Assembly: GCF_001458695.1 (NCBI RefSeq)
Contig: NZ_LN885086.1
Coordinates: 30,001 to 62,000 of the forward strand
Direction: 5' to 3'
DNA: 32,000 nt
Origin: Candidatus Nitrospira inopinata
Lineage (GTDB): Bacteria > Nitrospirota > Nitrospiria > Nitrospirales > Nitrospiraceae
Position 1 is the first letter of the stretch. Each line of letters opens with the position of its first letter. Below are positions 26,657 through 32,000 of the stretch, in pieces. Below the pieces are notes generated by a model. That model was given only the letters and a program-made list of their open reading frames with translations, did no database searches and was not told the DNA's origin. The position numbers and the translations under genes were made by a program.

Positions 26657-27375
26657 CAGTCCTCCTCGACCTTATCCGCTTTGACGGGCGGCTTGGCGTT
26701 CTTCTGGAATTCTTCATGGAATTTTGGAGTTGGAGGCCCGGTAAATGTGCCAGCCAACTTGAAATGGTCGTGCATCGCTTTATCGTTTCGAACCGATTTG
26801 TCAAAGTCAAACGCGTACTTCTTATCAACAGTCGGGGTAAAGGGAGTATACGGTTTCTTGACGCCCTTCCATCCTGACCCTTCATAGTTCAAATGGCAGG
26901 CATTACATTTCTCCACAAACTCGAAGTCTTGTCCTGCTTCAGCCAACGACTCGCGAGGAGTTTGTTTTTGAGATTTCTCGAACGCTTCTCCCGCTTTCCG
27001 GTGGATTTTTCGATAATCACTCCCCGCTCCATGACAGGATTCACAACCCACTCCTATCAGGAACTTATCAGGCTCTTCAATCGTATACCCGCCTTCCATG
27101 CCCCAGCCGGTCACATGACATCCCACGCAGTCTTTATCCTTTGTATAGTCCTTTTTGGGATCAAGCTTTGCTTTGAGCTTCGCTTCTTTCCTCGTATTCG
27201 GCTTGAGGGATTCCATGGCTTTGGCATGGAGTGTTTTATCCCACGATTCTCCCTGTCCTTTATGACAGTTGTAACATTTTTTTCTGCCCTCAAACGTTCC
27301 TTCGGCTGATGCAGTTCCCGCCAACGCAAGAAAAACCGCTGCCGCGGCAAGTGCGGATATAGCTCGATAGTTCAC
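26656..27375 (-). CDS. cycA: Tetrahaem cytochrome c554
   Basis: Signal peptide ...FLALAGTASA-EG and four CxxCH motifs (CYNCH, CVGCH, CESCH, CNACH). FEGRKKC..CHK, DKDCVGCHVTG, GVGCESCHG and CHLNYEGS match my memory of Nitrosomonas c554. Start placed at the GTG at 27375, with AAAGGAG 5 nt upstream; the track start at 27390 contains that SD. Confidence 0.9.
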   Translation of the reverse strand: MNYRAISALAAAAVFLALAGTASAEGTFEGRKKCYNCHKGQGESWDKTLHAKAMESLKPNTRKEAKLKAKLDPKKDYTKDKDCVGCHVTGWGMEGGYTIEEPDKFLIGVGCESCHGAGSDYRKIHRKAGEAFEKSQKQTPRESLAEAGQDFEFVEKCNACHLNYEGSGWKGVKKPYTPFTPTVDKKYAFDFDKSVRNDKAMHDHFKLAGTFTGPPTPKFHEEFQKNAKPPVKADKVEED

Positions 27376-27515
27376 GGTAGCTCCTTTCACTAAAAAAGAA
27401 CTTCGGCTTATATGAATAGCTCTACAACTTCTGTTGTCTCAAGGCGCTTTCTTGCTTAATTAAAATACCATGACTGCGTGCTGATTATCATCTCAGTTTT
27501 TACGCCGCCGCATGC

Positions 27516-28565
27516 TCAGTTTTGCCGTTGAATCTGCTCAGCAGAAGGGATTTTGTATATCCAATATCCCCCTTCTTTATGTATTAATTGCAACGCATCA
27601 AGATCCATCGGTCTAAAGTTGGAAAACGGCAACATTTTCGCCAACAGTATGTTGCTGGCTCCGCTTTCTCGGAGGAAATAAGCACGCACTTGCTTCTCGG
27701 AGAGAGACTGAAGGGTATAGCTTGTGTAGTCGTTGTTTGTCAGCCAGGCTTTCACCTGCCCGCTGAGTCCATGGACGTTTCCTGTCAAGGGAAAATCCTT
27801 AAATGCAACATCTATGCGATCAGGTCGCATCAGTCCCAACTTATAAATGTCGCTCACATGCACGACCACGTATGCTTCTCGCGAACCAACCAGCTCGCGC
27901 AACATTGCGGCACCTTGATGAGGGTACGCCATGAGAGCTTCAATAAATCGGTTAAACTGCGCGCGTTCTTCCGGAGAAGCCTGCTTCCCCCAAAACTTCT
28001 GCTCGTACTGTTCAATCGCTTCAAATCGGTCTCTCCAGTACGACGGGGCGATGACCGGCAAGCCAAGATAAGCGGTGAAGAGCGTCGGACGATCCGACAA
28101 AAGGGCCAGTTTTCTCGAAGTATCCCACCATGCGACGATGACGGCATCGTTCGGCACATGTTTGGCGATGGCGGACGATACGGCGATCGTTTCTGAAAGC
28201 CCTTCTTCCATGGATAAAATCGGTTCTGGAAACTTATTTTCCACATACAGAAGAACAGGATCGAAACCGGAGCGGTTTGCGCGATAGACAAAGGCGAGCG
28301 GTTGATCGATTGCGTCCACTTGTACTTCGAGCTTACCGATTGTCAGATATGGATAATTTTCCAATCCCAGGTTAGGGAATTTATCCGGGCCGCCCTCCTC
28401 CACCACACGATAGTGATAGGGCGGTGGTTCCGGTTGAAACCACAAATAGACAAACCATCCTACTAAAAAAAGGCCTCCCGCCACCAGGAGAATTCCCAGT
28501 GACGGGAGGAACTTACTTGCTGAGCGAGCCTTAACAGGCTCGCTCAGCGTAGGCGTTGCAATCAA
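27516..28565 (-). CDS. haoB: HaoB (HAO-associated membrane protein)
   Basis: Called from conserved synteny between haoA and cycA. The 349-aa product has one N-terminal TM helix ([23 protein letters not shown]). The TTG start overlaps the haoA stop by 4 nt, with AGAGGAAAG upstream. Confidence 0.78.
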   Translation of the reverse strand: MIATPTLSEPVKARSASKFLPSLGILLVAGGLFLVGWFVYLWFQPEPPPYHYRVVEEGGPDKFPNLGLENYPYLTIGKLEVQVDAIDQPLAFVYRANRSGFDPVLLYVENKFPEPILSMEEGLSETIAVSSAIAKHVPNDAVIVAWWDTSRKLALLSDRPTLFTAYLGLPVIAPSYWRDRFEAIEQYEQKFWGKQASPEERAQFNRFIEALMAYPHQGAAMLRELVGSREAYVVVHVSDIYKLGLMRPDRIDVAFKDFPLTGNVHGLSGQVKAWLTNNDYTSYTLQSLSEKQVRAYFLRESGASNILLAKMLPFSNFRPMDLDALQLIHKEGGYWIYKIPSAEQIQRQN

Positions 28566-30277
28566 CGATCTTTCCTCTCTCGTCGACGCCAGCCAGCAAT
28601 TGCCAACGTACCGGCCAGCATCATACCTCCGCCCAACCCCCCGATCGACAGCTTCCCGCCCGGGCCATCGAGATCAAGCAGAGAGTGCTTGCGCTCGCTC
28701 TCAAGCTTATCGACACGGGCCAACAACTTTTGTGTTTCCTTAAGCCGAGTGTCATCGTCCATGATTTCCACATAGGCCCGATTCATCGCAGCCCAACCAA
28801 CCGTATAGGTATATCCCCAATACTGGTGAGCCAAGCTGACGTGCAATTGAACCAGGTGATCCTCCGCCATTTCGAACAGCTTGAGCTCGTTGGCCGCCGG
28901 GTTATTTCCCTTTGACCAGTAAATCTGGAAGAACTGCTCAAAGCCGTCCTTCACCGGAGGAGGCGGTGCGGGCCGGTTGGTTTTTTGCCCCGTCAACAAC
29001 CCGGCCTTGTACTGCTCTTCGACTACGTGATGAGCCTCGTCGTACTTATCAAGACCGGAGTACGTACCTTTATCCATGAACTCCATCCAGGCGCGGGCGT
29101 AACTTTCCGAGTGACAGTTCGTACAGGTTTTAACCCACGCATCGAGCCGCTTTTCCGACCAATCGGTCGAGATATTCTCTCGGATGCCAGGAACGAACGG
29201 ATAGTTGGCCCATCGAACCTTGCGCACCACGTTGTGGGTTATCTTACCTTGATATTCCATGTGGCAGAATTGGCATGTCGGGGCACTCAATCCACCCTTG
29301 GCAATGGCTTCTTTAATGGGAATATTGAAATTCCACTTATCTTTGTCTCTCTGATACTTCAATCCATGCTTGGAGAGGGAGTAGGCCTCCCAGTTGTTGT
29401 GATCGGCCCCACTGTGACACTGAGCGCAATTTTCCGGCTTGCGCGATTCCGCGACTGAGAATTCATGACGCGAGTGACAAGTATCGCACTTGTTCTGATT
29501 GACGTGACAACCGGTACAGCCATCGGCGATTTCTCTTTGAGGCATCCCGGCATAGACGTCCACTTCCACGTTAGCCTTATAATCCAAGGCATGCGAAGGA
29601 CGCCCCTTGGGCCACTGATCTTTTGGCCATATGATGGTGTCACGCTCCGATTCTCGTTCAGCGAATTCCTGAAGATGGCACGTACCGCAGGTGTTCGCCG
29701 TCGCCAGCTTAATGTCCTTGCGATGATCGGCCTTCCCTTTGGCATTGATTTCAAAGTGACAATCAATGCACCCAACTTCTTTTAGCTGCTCCCCCTTGCC
29801 CAACTTGCCCATCGACCGAAGGTTTTCCTCGATTTGCTCAAGCTTCGCCTTCTTGTAATAGGTCTCATCCTTGGGCGTCAGTTTACGGATCTTATCCAGA
29901 TTGGCATGCGTGCTGCGCTTCCACGCAGCCACCCACCCCGGCGATTCATCCGTATGACATTTGACGCACTGCTCACGGCTTGCGACTTCCTTGACTGCCT
30001 GCGGGGGCTTATAGAACGTCGTGGGATCGAAATACTTACTGAAAGTGACGGGCTCCCAGTACTGACCGTAAATTCCCTTTCCGGCCCCTTGCTCAGGATC
30101 GAGGTACCTTTTCACCAGAGCCTCGTACAGCTCCTTTGGAGAAGCCGAACGGTCGATCTTCAGTGCCTCATAAGTTTCCTTCGGCACCGTCGGGAAGTCC
30201 GCTTGCGCCGGTGCGGCCAGTAAAACGCCGCAGACGAGCATCACAAACTTCTGCGCAAACTTGCTGCTCATCGTCAC
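28562..30277 (-). CDS. haoA: Octahaem hydroxylamine oxidoreductase
   Basis: Signal peptide ...[10 protein letters not shown] and eight CxxCH motifs (CVKCH, CIDCH, CGTCH, CTGCH, CDTCH, CAQCH, CQFCH, CTNCH). The [19 protein letters not shown] segment contains the Tyr expected for the P460 cross-link. There is a C-terminal hydrophobic helix plus a basic tail ([24 protein letters not shown]). SD AAGGAG lies 8 nt upstream. Confidence 0.95.
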   Translation of the reverse strand: MTMSSKFAQKFVMLVCGVLLAAPAQADFPTVPKETYEALKIDRSASPKELYEALVKRYLDPEQGAGKGIYGQYWEPVTFSKYFDPTTFYKPPQAVKEVASREQCVKCHTDESPGWVAAWKRSTHANLDKIRKLTPKDETYYKKAKLEQIEENLRSMGKLGKGEQLKEVGCIDCHFEINAKGKADHRKDIKLATANTCGTCHLQEFAERESERDTIIWPKDQWPKGRPSHALDYKANVEVDVYAGMPQREIADGCTGCHVNQNKCDTCHSRHEFSVAESRKPENCAQCHSGADHNNWEAYSLSKHGLKYQRDKDKWNFNIPIKEAIAKGGLSAPTCQFCHMEYQGKITHNVVRKVRWANYPFVPGIRENISTDWSEKRLDAWVKTCTNCHSESYARAWMEFMDKGTYSGLDKYDEAHHVVEEQYKAGLLTGQKTNRPAPPPPVKDGFEQFFQIYWSKGNNPAANELKLFEMAEDHLVQLHVSLAHQYWGYTYTVGWAAMNRAYVEIMDDDTRLKETQKLLARVDKLESERKHSLLDLDGPGGKLSIGGLGGGMMLAGTLAIAGWRRRERKDR

Positions 30278-30399
30278 GCTCCTTTTGTTGATAGTGGGTC
30301 ACGTCCCACGTTTACTTCACGAATGCTGAAATATCTTTCAATTGAAAAAATTTTTAGGCCCACCACGCCGCGCACACCACGGTTCTTGAGCGCCGCGCT

Positions 30400-30429
30400 C
30401 ATATATCTTAATGACTCGTCAATTGTCAA
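30400..30429 (-). promoter_or_regulatory. Sigma70-like promoter candidate for the hao-cyc operon
   Basis: The minus strand reads TTGACA-(18 nt)-TATATG, or a 17-nt spacer to ATATAT. It lies 82 nt after the ccmI stop and ~120 nt upstream of the haoA ATG. The -35 hexamer matches consensus; the -10 is imperfect. Confidence 0.35.
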
Positions 30430-30510
30430 GAATATTTCGGATGTCACGAGAAACCGGCCTCCTGAGATTCGCGTGCATCTGCCTGTTAACGAAGATCCGG
30501 CAAGAGAACC

Positions 30511-31812
30511 TCACGGTCGCTGGCGATCGATTACAATCGTAATGCCTTCCGTTCCCGGCTTGATCGGCTGACTCATCCCTTCAAGGTCTCCACTCCCAGG
30601 CATGGCCGTCCCTGATCGAGAGAGGCGCGCCACAATCACCACGGTCTCGAGATCGGATAATTTGCGGGAGGGCATCGGACTGGTCGAATCGTCCAGCCTA
30701 AAGGTAAACGGCAGATCCTTTTTCGTCGCGCGCACGATCGATACCGGCATCGGCGGTCCGTTCGGATCTTTCGCAAAGACGAACAAGGTGTCGGCTCCGG
30801 AGGACTTGGCCTCCATACCGGGTCCCAAAATCACCTTGCCGGTGATCGCATGTGATCCGCCTCGTTTGTTGATCGGAGGATGATCGGCTGGAACCGATGA
30901 CTCGGCAAGCGCGGCATTTGCCATCGCCATCAATGGAGCTCCGCCCATCCGCCGCTTCGCCTCGTTGATGCCGGCCATGAGTTGTTCGGTGGATTCCGGA
31001 TCAGAATTCTGAGGCAGATTCGCGCGCGCCAGTTCCCAATCTTTGACGGCCGAAGCAAAATCCTTCCGGTTAAAGGCCACGGTGCCCGAGAGCATCAACG
31101 CCTTCACGTTATTGGGGTCAAGCTGTAATGCCTTCTGAATCAGAGCCTCGGGCTTGCCTTCAAGTTTGCGTCCCTGATGAACCCCGAGCGCATCGGCATA
31201 ATCCGCGAGCAGGCCCGCGTCGTTGGGATTCAGCGTCACGGCCCTTTCGAAAATCGGCACGGCCTCGGCATAGCGATCCATCGCCATATAGGAGCGAGCC
31301 AAGAGGGTCCACCCCGTCACGTCATCGGGGTTCTGCTCCAGTTTCTGTTTCAGTCGTTCAATCAACGTATTGAGCCCCTCCGCCATCAGACGATCATCTT
31401 CCACGTCACCTTGCGAAGCAGAGAACGCACTCGCCGCCGGATGCGTCATGGCCACCGGATTGCCCAAGGACCAGTACAAGATCCCGCTTGCAGTCGGAAT
31501 AAGCACGACGAGCGCCACCGCGACGTATTTCACGTTCATCGGCCGGGCCGCCGTCTGTCCTCTTTCGGTCACGCCCACCTCCTCCAACAGACGACGTTCT
31601 AATTCTTGGCGCGCCGTCAGATATTGCTCCTCCGTCAGCAACCCGCTGGATTTGTCCTGCTCCAGTTCCGCGAATTGCTGTCGATAGACCGGCAGCGTCT
31701 TCTCCCGCTCCACACCCGCTCCCGCAGCGGCCTGCTTGAAGAGCGGGCGCAGAAGAACTCCCAGGATGATCAGAATCAGAGCCGTGGCGATCAGTCCGAA
31801 TGCGAGAGTCAT
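30511..31812 (-). CDS. ccmI: Cytochrome c-type biogenesis protein CcmI/CycH (TPR)
   Basis: Two N-terminal TM helices flank a charged loop, followed by TPR repeats (YAEAVPIFERAVTLNPNDAGLLADYADAL...). The start ATG overlaps the ccmH stop (ATGA). Confidence 0.78.
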   Translation of the reverse strand: MTLAFGLIATALILIILGVLLRPLFKQAAAGAGVEREKTLPVYRQQFAELEQDKSSGLLTEEQYLTARQELERRLLEEVGVTERGQTAARPMNVKYVAVALVVLIPTASGILYWSLGNPVAMTHPAASAFSASQGDVEDDRLMAEGLNTLIERLKQKLEQNPDDVTGWTLLARSYMAMDRYAEAVPIFERAVTLNPNDAGLLADYADALGVHQGRKLEGKPEALIQKALQLDPNNVKALMLSGTVAFNRKDFASAVKDWELARANLPQNSDPESTEQLMAGINEAKRRMGGAPLMAMANAALAESSVPADHPPINKRGGSHAITGKVILGPGMEAKSSGADTLFVFAKDPNGPPMPVSIVRATKKDLPFTFRLDDSTSPMPSRKLSDLETVVIVARLSRSGTAMPGSGDLEGMSQPIKPGTEGITIVIDRQRP

Positions 31813-32000
31813 GATTCTTTCACTCCTTGGGAGAGCAGCCGCTCCACGCGCCGATGCTCTTCATCCGTAATGACCGCGTTCTCTACCATTCTTTGCCGAC
31901 GCCTCAACGTCACGGCAAGCGCGATTCCTCCTCCGACCAGCAAGACGAAAGGCCCCACCCACAACAGCATGGTGGTGGTCTTGAGAGGAGGTCGGTATAG
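31809..32000 (-). CDS. ccmH: Cytochrome c-type biogenesis protein CcmH, C-terminal part (5' end outside window)
   Basis: The minus frame, open to the window edge, translates as LYRPPLKTTTMLLWVGPFVLLVGGGIALAVTLRRRQR.... This is the conserved (V)LYRPP motif plus TM helix plus basic stretch of CcmH/NrfF-type proteins. Confidence 0.72.
   Translation of the reverse strand, partial: LYRPPLKTTTMLLWVGPFVLLVGGGIALAVTLRRRQRMVENAVITDEEHRRVERLLSQGVKES

Noticed and set aside
26042-29458. Plus-strand ORFs antisense to cycB, cycA, haoB and haoA (for example 26042-26653, 26893-27309, 27588-28196, 28985-29458).
   Set aside because: The minus-strand frames carry exact haem-binding motifs, signal peptides and coupled starts. 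The antisense frames have no features and are shadow ORFs.
1-32000. Window-wide search for CRISPR repeats, tRNA/rRNA signatures (for example a GGTTCGAATCC T-loop), transposase or integrase genes, and long direct or inverted repeats flanking the hao island.
   Set aside because: I could see none by reading the sequence. The nearest T-loop-like string, GGTTCGCCCC at ~6336, has no acceptor or anticodon arms. Mobile-element boundaries of the island, if any, are not in this window or have been erased.

Overview
The window reads as chromosomal DNA of a diderm, c-type-cytochrome-rich bacterium, at about 60-65% GC on hand-counted lines. I support about 30 protein genes and found no rRNA, tRNA, CRISPR array, transposase or integrase. 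The dominant feature is a minus-strand block, ccmH-ccmI | haoA-haoB-cycA-cycB (26051-32000). It is a complete hydroxylamine-oxidation and electron-relay module: an octahaem HAO, HaoB, tetrahaem cytochrome c554 and the NapC/NirT-type tetrahaem cM552. It sits directly downstream of System I cytochrome c maturation genes. The hao-cyc genes are visibly AT-richer than everything around them, including ccmI, which suggests an acquired cassette. In a backbone that does not look like a classical beta- or gamma-proteobacterial ammonia oxidiser, this is the signature expected of a comammox-type nitrifier; taxonomy cannot be proven from this window. The rest is mostly housekeeping and stress genes: a DUF3365 haem protein, hsp20, a Cld/HemQ-like gene, thiD, a usp-CPA2 antiporter pair, a SAM methyltransferase, HU, and prmA-MOSC. 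Several less ordinary loci stand out:
- a 4-TM MutS-domain-V ATPase, plus an internally deleted MutS-like pseudogene
- a probably Tat-exported, His/Cys-rich beta-propeller-like protein
- a synthase-dependent exopolysaccharide locus (PgaC-like GT2, a TPR/beta-barrel OMP, a TM-HEAT protein)
- a second MOSC/YiiM gene convergent with cycB, with a structured leader
- two convergent ~30-aa single-TM peptide ORFs
- a promoter-plus-terminator unit that may be a ~90-nt sRNA

All functional calls rest on motif recognition and synteny by eye; no database search was run.
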